DNA from: Octopus vulgaris
Lineage: Eukaryota
Assembly (NCBI GenBank): GCA_951406725.2
Contig: OX597823.1
Span: 112,654,001-112,718,000, forward strand
Reading direction: 5' to 3'
Length of the DNA: 64,000 bases
A program made the position numbers and the translations under genes. The notes below the pieces were generated by a model. The model saw only the letters and a list, made by a program, of their open reading frames with translations. It ran no database searches and was not told where the DNA came from. The first letter of the stretch is position 1. Every line of letters begins with the position of its first letter. This document shows positions 50,775-63,131 of the stretch, piece by piece.

Positions 50775-52435
50775 CTTTAAAAAATGAAAGGTACTAACTT
50801 TCTTTCTGATAATCTGTGACCATGTTGCAACTGTACCAGTGATATACTGGGTTCAGTTAGCTGTTTGTACTTCCTCCAAGATCTGTTGACTTTGATATAT
50901 TGCAATTTGCCTTTCACTTATTTGTGGTTGATAAAATGCGTACTAGTTAGATACAGAGGTGAACTAAGGCCTCTATACCTCTCCCTCCTCTCAAAATACC
51001 TGCCTTTGAAGTGAAATTAGAAATCCTTATTTTAGATTAGTAGATTGGCAGAATTGTTTGTGTATCAGACAAAATGCCTAACGGTCTGTAGTTATAGTTC
51101 TTTATGTTCTTGGTTCGAATCCTGCTAAGGTTAACTTTGCCTTCCAGTGTCAATAAAATACAGTACCATTAAGGTCCATTTAACCAACTATCTCCTCCCC
51201 TAATTGCCTGGCACCATATCTATGTTGGAACCACTTATCATTAAGGCAAGAGAAAGAAGCGAGCTGGTTGAATCGTAAGCATGCCGGACAAAATGCTTAG
51301 CGGCATTTCGTCCATTTATACATTCTGGGTTCAAATACTGCCCCGGTCGACTTCGTCTTTCATCCTTTTGGGGCCAATGAGATTATTACTAATTATGTAC
51401 TGGGGTCAATTTAATCGACTTACCCGTTTTGCCCCGCTTCCAAATTTCAGGTCCTGTGCTTGTTGTAGAAAAGATTATTAAGGCAGGAGAAAAAGGTGCT
51501 GCTTTCCTGTAAATTTGTGTTAAGGTGTATGACAATGATGAGTATGTCCTGGTTGAATGGATGTGTTTATAGCGTGTGACAACCGACCAGGTACCACAAC
51601 TGGAAAAGATAGTTGCCCTTGGTAATCGGGGTTTTCAAGGATATGTGTTAAGTTAAGTTAATTTTTTGGTTCAAAAAACAAAAAGCAAGGCCATGTAGGG
51701 GGACATGGAGTTATGTACAGGGGTGGTCATGCAAAGATTGTGTCCTTGGTAGCTTATCTGCTGCAACAATTTTGTGTTGTTGTTGCTTTTTTAAATCCTT
51801 ATTTACATTATCTTGTGTAAAACACCCATTTGTTTCTGTAAACGGTTCCTGTAATGTCTTCCGGTATGTTGCCCTTGTGGCAATAAACAGATATCTATTT
51901 GTTCTTATGTTTATATATTTGTTTTGCCAGATTCTTGATGGGAAATCTTGTGTTGAAACAGATATTGTTGTATTTGGGGATGGTCACGTTGCCAGTTTAG
52001 CAAATAAAAACACACGCACTATATATACAATCATCATCATCATCATTTAACGTCCGCTTTCCATGCTAGCATGGGTTGGACAATTTGACTGAGGTCTGGC
52101 GAACCAGACTCCAATCTGATCTGGCAGAGTTTCTACAATAGGGATACAAAATACAAAATGGCTGAGCGTTAGTAAGGAGAGACACACAAATAAGAAAAAA
52201 GAAAGCAAAGGACCACTGATGAGGTCACAGGAGTGTGATGAAAGAACTCTGGCCGAAATAAGATTAAGATTAATGTAAAAAACAAATAAAGCTGAAGCAA
52301 ATTAACACCAAATATATAGTGCATGTGTTTTTATTGGCTAAACTGGCAAAATGACCCTTCCGAAATACAACAATATTTATTCTTATATTTATATTTACAT
52401 TAGTTTGTTCATTGCATTTTGTGTTTAGCTCCCTT

Positions 52436-52472
<37 letters not shown>

Positions 52473-52899
52473 GACTAGGACCAACACTACCTCCCTTTAT
52501 CTCTCTTTTGCTATTGATCGACAATCTCCACTACAAACCCCTACAACCAGGCCACCAGCATTGTTTACACCATCTCCAACACGGTCCAGCTGTACACTAA
52601 ATCTACTGGTTGTACCAAGCCTGCGGCCCCTACTGTCGCATACACTGCCACACCCTATCTACACAGTCATTCAAGCCTTTTAGAAATAGCAGCTGAATCT
52701 CCTTCATATCACACTCTAGATCAATGTTTCGTAACCTTTTGCTCGGTCCCCCACTCACCACCTCTACCACATTCGATGGGGAACAAAACTGGCCATCACC
52801 CCCCCTCCTTAAGTCTTCTGTTGTGGTATTCAAAAAGTAACGTACTGTTTAAATTGAATTGCCTGTAAGGTTGACCTGGGGCTAAACAACAATTCTGCC

Positions 52900-53480
52900 C
52901 TCACGACCACCACGACCACCACCACCACAGTCACTGCCAAAGCCAATTACCACCACCACTATTACTACTACTACTACCACCACCACCACCACCACCTCCT
53001 CAGCCACCACTATTACAACCATTATCATCACCACCACCACAGTCACTGCCAAAGTCAATTGCTACTACTGTTACTACTACTACTACTGCTGCTGCTACTA
53101 CTATCATCACTACTTCCACAACTACTACAACCACTATCACCATCACCACCACCACCACCACCACCACCACAGTCACTACCAAAGCCAATTACTACTACTT
53201 TTACTACTGCTACTACTGCTGCTACTACTACTACCATCACCACTTCCACAACTACTACAACCATTATCACCACCACCACCACCACCACCACCACCACCAC
53301 AGTCACTACCAAAGCCAATTACTACTACTTTTACTACTGCTACTACTGCTGCTACTACTACTATCATCACTACTTCCACAACTACTACAACCACTATCAC
53401 CACCCTTACTTCCTCCATAATCACCACTACTACCATCACCACCACTCTATTCCTATCATCATCATCACTATCACCCCCCA
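52900..53480. repeat. Compound (ACC/ACT)n repeat with 130-bp higher-order unit
   Basis: agtcact.ccaaag.caatt anchors at about 52930, 53041, 53171 and 53301. Confidence 0.9.
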
Positions 53481-53902
53481 CCCTCACCCCGTGGCAGTTA
53501 TTCCACCCCTTCTGCCATCCGATAAGGCTGCTGGGGTGGTGCAGAGCCGACCGTCGCCATCAGCTGAATTAGCTTTAAACCGGGGTGGGGTGGGAGGCAG
53601 TGTCTTGTTCTTGGTGTTTTGGGTCTTTCGCTGCTGCCTGAAACTTCCGAGGACCAGAAAAAGCTGGTGAGGGAGGAGGAGGAGAACAGAGAGAGAGAAA
53701 GAAAGGGAGTGGGGAGAGAGAGAGAGTGAGAGGGGAAGGGAGAGAGGGGCTTAATCTAAATTAGATTTTTCACTTAAGAGAAGATTAGCATAAATTACTG
53801 CAATACACCTGCTGCCAGTACCACTGTTGTTGTTATTGTTTTTGTCATTGTTGTTGCTGCTCCTAATGCTGCTGTTGTTGTTGTTTCTGGATTCTTTTCA
53901 TC

Positions 53903-54315
53903 GGCACAGGAGTGGCTGTGTGGTAAGCAGCTCACTTACCAACCACATGATCCCGGGTTCAGTCCCACTGCGTGGCGTCTTGGGCAAGTGTCTTCTGCTA
54001 TAGCCTCGGGCCGACCAAAGCCTTGTGAGTGGATTTGGTAGACGGAAACTGAAAGAAGCCCGTCGTATATATGTATATATGTATGTGTGTGTGTGTGTGT
54101 GTTTGTGTGTCTGTGTTTGTCCCCTCCTCCAGCATCTCTTGGCAACCGATGCTGGTGTGTTTGCGTCTCCGTTACTTAGCGGTTCAGCAAAAGAGACCGA
54201 TGGAATAAGTACTCAGCTTACAACGAATAAGTCCTGGGGTCGATTAGCTCGACTAAATGTGGTGCTCCAGCATGGCCACAGTCAAATGACTGAAACAAGT
54301 AAAAGAATAAAAGAG
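53903..54315 (+). mobile_element. SINE family A
   Basis: Match to family A. Confidence 0.9.
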
Positions 54316-54596
54316 TATTACTTTTTTTCTTTTATTTCAACTCCCTCTTCCACACTGCAGCATTACTTGAAGTAGTTGTTGTTGTTGTTGTTGTTGTTTT
54401 TGTTTGACCTCAGGTTAGATTCCTCACGAGAAAGATTATGATTAAAAGCATTCCAACTGTTATCACCTTCATTACTCTTTCTTCTATTCACCTTGTTGGT
54501 TCCCCGTTGATATGGACTGACACAGTATAGGGAAGAGAGAACACTTCAGTGTTTCTGGAAACAGGCTATCTGTTTCCAGAAATAAATAAATAAATT

Positions 54597-55000
54597 ACTG
54601 GCGCTTGTGCCCCGTGCTAGTAGGGTGCTAAGAGCACCATCTGAGCGTGATCGTTGCCAGAGCGACTAACTGGCTTCTGTGCTGGTGGGCAGGTAAAAGG
54701 CACCATTCGAGCATGATCGTTACCAGCATCACCTTACGGGCACCGGTGCCAGTGGCATGTGTAAAAAGATTCAAGCGAGGTCATTGCCAGTACCGCCTGA
54801 CTGGCCCCCGTGCCGGTGGCATGTAAAAAGGACCCACTACATTCTCGGAATGGTTGGCGTTAGGAAGAGCATCCAGCTGTAGAAACTCTGCCAAATCAAG
54901 ATTGGAGCCTGGTACAGCCATCTGGTTCGCCAGCCCTCAGTCAAAATCGTTCAACCCATGCTAGCAGGGAAAGCAGACGTTAAACGATGATGATGATGAT
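54597..55000 (+). mobile_element. Retroposon family C
   Basis: Match to 22633-22980 and 8445-8705. Confidence 0.85.
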
Positions 55001-55218
55001 GTACTTGGTACATTTTGGAAGCTGTTTAGTGTTAAGAAGGCTCTCCAACCACAGACACTCAGTGTAGAATGGAATGTGCAAGCAATATGCAATTACTGAC
55101 CTTATAGGATGGGAGTAGCTCCAAATATGAACTGACTTGTATGATGAAAATCTAACCCATGATGATGATGTTAGCTTCCTGTTGTGTTGAATATAATGTA
55201 AGGGGGCCTAATTTATTT

Positions 55219-55379
55219 CGCAGGAGTGGCTGTGTGGTAAGTAGCTTGCTAACCAACCACATGGTTCCGGGTTCAGTCCCACTGCGTGGCATCTTGGGCA
55301 AGTGTCTTCTGCTATAGCCCCGGGCCGACCAATGCCTTGTGAGTGGATTTGGTAGACGGAAACTGAAAGAAGCCCATGG

Positions 55380-55410
<31 letters not shown>

Positions 55411-55620
55411 TTGTGTGTCTGTGTTTGACCCCCTAGCATTGCTTGACAAACGATGCTGGTGTGTTTATGTCCCCGTCACTTAGCGGTTTGGCAAAAGAGA
55501 TGGATAGAATAAGTACTAGGCTTACAAAGAATAAGTCCCGGCATCGATTTGCTTGACTAAAGGTGGTGCTCCAGCATGGCCGCAGTCAAATGACTGAAAC
55601 AAGTAAAAGAGTAAAAGAGT
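55219..55620 (+). mobile_element. SINE family A
   Basis: Match to family A. Confidence 0.9.
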
Positions 55621-56567
55621 ACTGAGTTACTTTCCTTTCACTTGTATATTGACAAGTTTCAGAGTTTATCAAAGAATTAAAATTTTACCAAATGAAACTC
55701 CTATTTGAGTCTCCTTATTTCTCAGAAGGTGGGTGGTAAGCATGAAATACATCATAACACAGAACAGCATATTTAACAAAAATCTATCAAAAAAACGACA
55801 AAACAATGAAATAAAATGGTAAATGAGGAAAAATACAAAAGCAGTACAGATAGTAGAACCTGCCAGTTCCTAGATGTGGAATAAAAGCAAAAATGAAATA
55901 AATTTAGAAAAAAAAACCCCCAAAAAACAAAGCCTACTCTCTTGAGAAAGTGTGTTTATGATTTTAAGTGAACGCAGTCAAGGAACCTGGTTCTTGGTTA
56001 AATGGTGGTTCTTGTTGTATGTTTCTTTGTTGTCAGCTACATGATTAGAAATATTATGAAAACATCCAAGAACCACCTCAACAACAACAACAATAACTAC
56101 AATGACTAAAGAGAATGTCACGGTTCTTTAAGATGCAAAGAAAAAAAAACAAACAGAAAAGAAAGAAAGACTTCGTTTGCTGCCATCAGTTGTTCCATAG
56201 AATTTCTTTGTAGTTTTTGGTTTCATCAGGAAGCTGTGATTGAAGAATTGGCGGAACAAAATACACAAAACAGTCAAAAGAGAAACAATTAAAATTCTGA
56301 AACCTTTCAGATTGTAAACTGTGAAGAAAAGCAAACCATTTCCTGTTGCCATGGAGAATATTTCTATAATCTCTCCCCGCCTCCTCTCTCTCTCTCTCTC
56401 TCTCTCTCTCATTCCACTTCTTTTTCCATCTCTCCCTCTCACTTGTCTCTGATCCCTCCCTTACTTTCTCTCTGACTTCCCTGTCTTTCTCTCTGTCTCT
56501 CAGTTTCACATACATGTCCGCATTATGCATCTGTGTTTGCATCTGTGCAAGCTTCTGCATGTTTTGG

Positions 56568-56676
56568 GTACTTGTTTTGGCTCTACATATTTTAACTAAA
56601 GTTGGAGTGATACAGAGAAGATTAGCATCACTTCTTTGCAAGGAGGACATGCAAATTTGTGAAACATTCCATATTT
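56568..56676 (+). pseudogene. RNU6: U6 snRNA pseudogene
   Basis: Colinear with U6 and retains GATACAGAGAAGATTAGCAT and ..ttccatattt. It has many substitutions and an insertion, and the ISL region is disrupted. Confidence 0.88.
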
Positions 56677-56866
56677 CCTAACAATGGAGCACTGGCTATG
56701 TTAGAAAATATGGAATGGAGCTCTCATGCTGGAACAGATAATAGGAAAATAAAAGTGCTTGTCATTTTACATAAGTGTGTGCATCTGTGCGCGACGTGGG
56801 TGAATATTTGCTAATTTCTGTCTCAATCTTAGTGAACCTAATTTGTCATAGAAGGCACTTCCTTAA

Positions 56867-57081
56867 CCCTTTAGCATTTAAACTGACTGGCCCAAATACT
56901 CTACCTGTTCCATAATCAAACCAGCTAGAGCCAACCTCCTTATACCAGCCCTGTAATGTTCTCCTAAATATAAACTATCACGTCATCGAAATCTCGAACC
57001 TACGAGATAATGCATGATTAATTCAAAGCGGTGTGAATAAATAAGAATTATATTTGAGAAAATAATCGGAATGTTAGAGGG
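56867..57081. mobile_element. piggyBac-type MITE, second family (fragments also at about 5186-5290 and 63897-64000)
   Basis: TTAA-CCCTTTAGCATT ... AATGTTAGAGGG-TTGA. Homologous sequence at 63897-64000. Confidence 0.75.
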
Positions 57082-57783
57082 TTGAAGTCTCTCTGCTGCA
57101 GATTTGAACTCAGAACCATGTCATCATGAAGTGCAGTCCTTAACTAGAAAAGCAACGAATGTGCCCCAGGACTGTATATAATGCATTTAACTTCATGTTA
57201 TATAATGCATTTAACTTTGATGTAGGTATATAGAGTATAAGGGTACTATGAAATATATATATAATGAGTGCATGCTTTCAGTATATATATATATATATAT
57301 ATATGTCATCATCATCGTTTAACGTCCGTTTTCCACGCTAGCATGGGTTGGACGGTTCGACCAGGGTCTGGGAAGCCAGGGTCTGGGAAGCCAGGGCTGC
57401 ACCAGGCTCCAGTCTGATCTGGCAGAGTTTCTACAGCTGGATGCCCTTCCTAACGCCAACCACTCTAATATAAATTAGAGAAAAAATAAAATATATTTTT
57501 ATAAAACATATAACTAGATCACAAAAAGTATAAAAATAAATAATCAATATATATTATTACTTATTATATATTGATTATTCATTTTTATACTTTTTGTGAT
57601 CTAGTTATATGTTTTATAAAAATATATTTTATTTTTTATTTATGATTTGGTTTATGTCTATCATTGTTTGAATTGCATAATAGTGGTTTTTTTCTCTCTA
57701 ATTCATATTTCATATATATATATTGTGCAATTTGATTTAATACTAAATTGAATTTTTCCCTGTAAGTTTGGAGTTATACTCCC

Positions 57784-57827
<44 letters not shown>

Positions 57828-57888
57828 TATGTATACATCATATATGCCATATACGGAATTTCATTAAGCTGAAAAATACTTCACAAAA

Positions 57889-57925
57889 TGTTATTCAGAG
57901 TTTCATGTAAACACTCGTCAGACAG
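57889..57925 (-). ncRNA. Degenerate hammerhead ribozyme, same pLTR family
   Basis: Reverse complement reads ctgt-CTGACGA-gtg ttta cat-GAAA-ctc t gaa-TA-acat. Stems I and III each carry one mismatch. Confidence 0.6.
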
Positions 57926-57949
57926 TTTTGAGAAATTTACGTATGTTTG

Positions 57950-58272
57950 AAGGCTCATGGCTTAGTGGTTAGGGTATTCAGCTCATGATTGTAAAGTCGT
58001 GAGTTCAATTCCTGGCGATGCGTTATGTTCTTGAGTAAGATCCTTTATTTCCCGTTGCTCCAGTCCACTCAGCTGGCAAAGGTGAGCAGTACCTGTAATT
58101 AAAAGAGCCAGCCTTATCACACTCTGTTTCATGCAGAATCTCCCTGAGAACTACGTTAAGGTTACACATATCTTTGGGGTTCTCAGCCACGTGCACGTTA
58201 ATTTCACAAGCAGGCTGTTCCGTTGATCGGATCAACTGGGACCTTTGTAATCATAACCGATGGAGTGCCAAT
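57950..58272 (+). mobile_element. tRNA-derived SINE (head shared with 44918; older relative at about 16555-16800)
   Basis: TGGCTTAGTGG..GAGTTCAATTCC and gttcttgag.aa..ttgctccagt.cactcag core; different 3' half. Confidence 0.78.
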
Positions 58273-58577
58273 ATATGGGTATGTAAATGGGTGTATATGT
58301 GTGTGCGTGTATGTCAGTGTCTATGTTGTGTGTAATTCAAAGCTTCTCTTTATGTTTGGAGGAATAATGCCAAGTAGAAATCCCTCGTTGCTCTACTGCC
58401 TCATCATCGTTGTTATTTTGATCATCATTTTGATGTTGACTTTTACCAATTTGTGGAGGTAGGTTTTCTATGATTGGATTCTTTTCATGCTGTTAACCCT
58501 CACCTATTGCCAAATAAGGTAATATTTCTTCAGGCCTTCAAACAGAGGATGTGACACACACAGCACAGGTGACGTGT

Positions 58578-58968
58578 TACTCTTTTACTCTTTTACTTGT
58601 TTCAGCCATTTGACTGTGGCCATGCTGGAGCACCGCCTTTAGTCGAGCAAATCGACCCCGGGACTTATTCTTTTGTAAGCCCAGTACTTATTCTATCGAT
58701 CTCTTTTTGCTGAACCGCTAAGTGACAGGGACGTAAACACACCAGCATCGGTTGTCAAGCAATGCTAGGGAGACAAACACACACGTACATATATATATAC
58801 ATATATATGACAGGCTTCTTTCAGTTTCCATCTACCAAATCCACTCACAAGGCATTGGTCGGCTCAGGGCTATAGCAGAAGACACTTGCCCAAGATGCCA
58901 TGCAGTGGGACTGAACCCGGAACCATGTGGTTGGTTAGCAAGCTACTTACCACACAGCCACTCCTGCG
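58578..58968 (-). mobile_element. SINE family A
   Basis: Match to family A. Confidence 0.9.
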
Positions 58969-59310
58969 TGTTGTGTCCTTGAATAAGATGCTTTATTTCA
59001 CACATATGTAACAGATGATGTGGCACACGTAACACATGCACGAGGCAGTATTTCACTATTTCAGAAAAATGTACTGAGCATGCTTTTGCCAAGAGGAAAT
59101 AACTGTAATCCATGTAATGATGAAATGTATTGTGTGTGTGAGTGAGAGAGAGAGAGAGACAGAGAGTGAGTAAGAGAGTTGAAGCTTTTGTTTCCTCATC
59201 TACCTATGGGGAATTCAGCTAATCTGTAATTCAGAATCTGAAATATGAGGGGAGAAACTTTTTCATCTTGACTCTGTGGGAAACACTTTTTTTCTTTTTG
59301 TTATAAACCT

Positions 59311-59525
59311 ATTTCTTTACTACCCACACAAGGGGCTAAACACAGAGAGGACAAACAAGGACAGACAAACAGATTAAGTCGATTATATCGACCCCAGTGT
59401 GTAACTGGTACTTAATTTATCAACCATGAAAGGCAATGTCGACCTCGGTGGAATTTGAACTTAGAACGTAGGGGCAGACGAAATACCACTAAGCATTTTG
59501 CCCGGCGTGCTAATGATTCTGCCAT
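59311..59525 (-). mobile_element. SINE family B (older copies also at 1-160, 35545-35740, 51045-51475, 59695-59890)
   Basis: Reverse-complement match. Confidence 0.85.
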
Positions 59526-60016
59526 CAACATCATGAGCTTGGTAGATCAAGCAATTAGCCAAGTATACCAGAATGGGGCATGATATCTATACCAGAGTAT
59601 GCAACCAAAGCCATGTTGCATATATGGATTCAGTTTCTATCTGTTTACCATAAATATGAAAGATTTATTAAATCTTTCATAATTAAATCTGATCAAGATG
59701 GCAGAATACTTAGCACATTAGGGATAACACTTATTGGCATTTTGTCCGTCTTAATATTCTGAGTTCCAACTCCACTATAGTTGGCTTTCATTTTTTGGGT
59801 GTTGATAAAATAAGTATCAGTGAAGTACTGGGGTTGATGTAATTGACCAGCACTTTCCCACCAATTCTGAGCCCTTGTGCTTATCGTAGAAAAATATTTA
59901 AACCCAGTCTGTTATTTGCATCCATTTATGTATCTTAAGCATGCATTGCAAACTTGTAGAATATGCTGTTGTTTTACATCTTGTAATGAGTACTTTCTTT
60001 TATGACAATGAAAAAC

Positions 60017-60058
<42 letters not shown>

Positions 60059-60152
60059 GAAGGTTTACAAAATAAACAAAAGACGAAGGCAGGTGGAGTA
60101 CAAACAAACAATTGTATTAGTATGGCGCTCAGGAATAGAAATAGAACAAGTC

Positions 60153-60186
60153 TTTTATGTTTCGAGCCTACGTTCTTCGACAGAAA
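60153..60186 (-). ncRNA. Minimal hammerhead-like motif with variant core (CUGUCGA) in pLTR remnant (about 60056-60220) inserted in (TA)n
   Basis: Reverse complement reads ttt-CTGTCGA-a gaa cgtagg ctc-GAAA-ca-TA-aaa. Same family as the 24.1 kb copy. Confidence 0.55.
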
Positions 60187-60216
60187 GATACACAGAAAAA
60201 AACAAGGAGAAAAAAG

Positions 60217-60255
<39 letters not shown>

Positions 60256-60323
60256 TGAGTAGTACTCAGGCAGTTTGGGCTTTGCCCAAGTATAAATTTA
60301 GTAAAGTGAAAGTGCTTAGTAAA

Positions 60324-60455
60324 GGCACAGGAGTGGCTGTGTGGTAAGTAGCTTGCTTACCAACCACATGGTTCTGGGTTCAGTCCCACTGCATGGTACC
60401 TTGGACAACGGGTCGACCAAAGCCTTGTGAGTGGACTTGGTTGACGGAAACTGTA

Positions 60456-60518
<63 letters not shown>

Positions 60519-60731
60519 GTGTGTATGTTTGTGTGCCAGTGTTTGTTGCCCTAACATTGTTTGACAACCGATGCTGGTGTGTTTACGTCTCCGTTATTTA
60601 GCGGTTCAGCAAAAGAGACTGATAGAATAAGTATTAGGCTTACAACGAGTAAGTTCTGGGGTCAGTTTGCTCGACTAAAGGCAGTGCTCCAGCATGGCCA
60701 CAGTCAAATGAGTGAAACAAGTAAAAGAGTA
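60324..60731 (+). mobile_element. SINE family A
   Basis: Match to family A with internal deletions. Confidence 0.88.
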
Positions 60732-60825
60732 ACTGCAAACCCTCAGTGACCTACTTTCACCTCACTCTTCCATGCTTGTCCTACTATTTTTCCTCAACAC
60801 TTCTTCATAATACTCACCCTCTCAC

Positions 60826-61264
60826 CAGGGCTAGATTAAGACCTGTAGAGGCCCTAAGCACTTAAAAGGTTTTGGTGCCCTCGAGTATATGTAAATAGTT
60901 CAAAATGTAAACAATAATAAACCAGAAAATAAATTTTTATTTTTCAAAAATGAAACAAAATTAACAGTAAGATGGAAAATAATGTTTACTTTTGTATGCT
61001 TCCACCTTATTTATATTTGAAAAGTTTTCTCCGTTTTTTTTTTTTAAATTTAATTGCAAAGTCTTCAATAATATTGTAAAAATTAATTTTACATAAAACT
61101 TTTGCTCCTATCCTTAATAGAGATAAGGGCACCCCAAATATTATTTTAGCAAGGTTTATGTGATTTCTTTTGTGCCGTAGACCATTTTCGTTTCTGTGAT
61201 GCCCCCTCCTTCCCTTGATGCCCTAAGCGCATGCTTAGTTTGCTTAATGGTTAATCCAGCACTG
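60826..61264. mobile_element. hAT-type MITE
   Basis: TIRs CAGGGCTAGATTAA / TTAATCCAGCACTG. Perfect 8-bp TSD cctctcac at 60818-60825 and 61265-61272. Confidence 0.9.
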
Positions 61265-61357
61265 CCTCTCACTCATTCCCTCTCTCTAACCTTGGTTTAA
61301 GGATCTCAGTTTTGTTGTGTTGGGTTGGTCTTCTTGTGTACACCAATGCAGCCTACC

Positions 61358-61399
<42 letters not shown>

Positions 61400-62057
61400 C
61401 ATGTTCTGTCCACACTCACTTCAACTCACCTCATATTTTGATGGTCTACCCTTACACTTTACTACTATCTCTCCCCAGTTTTATTCTGACCACTCTCACC
61501 ATTCCTTTTATAATGTGAATAGCTGTATAGCTCCCTCCCTTACAGTAAGAGACATTTCTGTTCTGGCCCTTTTTGATCACTTTAATCCCTCATCCAGTAG
61601 CATATAACCTCTTCAATCTCTACTGTAACCCCACTGATTTGAAGGGAACTCAATCTTGTGGGCAGCATGGTGACTTCATCAACGATGGTACCATGGAAAA
61701 CTGTGAAGTGGTTAGTATTCGGAAGGGCATCTAGCAGTAGAAACCACGCCAAAGCAGACTCTGGAGCAGGATGCAGGCTTTGGACCTGTTGGAACTAGTC
61801 AAACTGCCCAACTCATGCTAACATGGAATAGGGGCATTGAATCACGATGATGGTGATGATGATAAGATATATTATATAATACAAGCACACACTCATACAC
61901 ACACACACACCCACACACACCACATATGTGATGTCTATGTTGCCAGTTTTGTACATTGAACTAGATCAATGGCACAAACTGAAAGCTTTCTGTCTGTACT
62001 GTAACGTTTGGAGTTTATCACAAAGTATATATATGTATGTATATATGTATATGTATG

Positions 62058-62091
<34 letters not shown>

Positions 62092-62274
62092 TGTATGTAT
62101 GTATGTACGTATGTATGTATGTATAGCTTATCTATTCACATAATTTAACACAGCTAGCATTATACATTATATAATATACTGTCTCACAGGTGGTAATGTA
62201 TATGTGTGTATGTCTGTGCTTGCTGTGAGAGCAGTATGTGTGTACAAGTTAATATGCATTAACTTATAACTCAC

Positions 62275-62318
<44 letters not shown>

Positions 62319-62819
62319 CACGATTCTTCCTTACATACAGTATAGAATGGCCAAGTCTGTGAAGTGCATCCTGCTGTAAAGTTTATGCTCTGTAATTCTA
62401 TCCGAAGTTGCTCTGCTGATCTTGGGAGCTCTTTGTCTCCTTCCCATAATTTCTAGTTTCCAATATTACATCTCGCCAGTGAAATATATCTTTGTCATTG
62501 TCTTATATTTTACATCAATAGCCATAGAGAAATGATTTTGCCAAATTTGGACAGAATTTTTCTTTTTGTTTTATTTTGCTTTGTTCTTTTTCAACAGTAG
62601 GACGATTCTTTCTATAGTTAATCACTCAACCGTTAAGTTAAAAGTAGCAGCATTCCATTCTGCTTGGTTGACCGAAAGCAAGCAGAAAGTAATGTAACTT
62701 TCCCAGAGGACTCTATTCCCTACGCCTCACTTCACCGAGCTGTCCAGAATAGATATTAGATCTTCTGGGAGTCTTATCTGCTGCAGACTGCTGTCCTATC
62801 CAGGAGGAACACACACACT

Positions 62820-63131
<312 letters not shown>

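Noticed and set aside
53595-53640. AGGCAGTGTCTT miR-34/449-like sequence
   Set aside because: Only the terminal ggcag/ctgcc pairs, so there is no pre-miRNA hairpin.
56190-56232. Minus-strand CTGATGA..GAAA hammerhead-like spacing
   Set aside because: No stem II pairing and no NUH/stem III.
58141-58162. TCCCTGAGA (miR-125/lin-4 seed-like)
   Set aside because: It lies inside a SINE, the rest does not match, and there is no hairpin.
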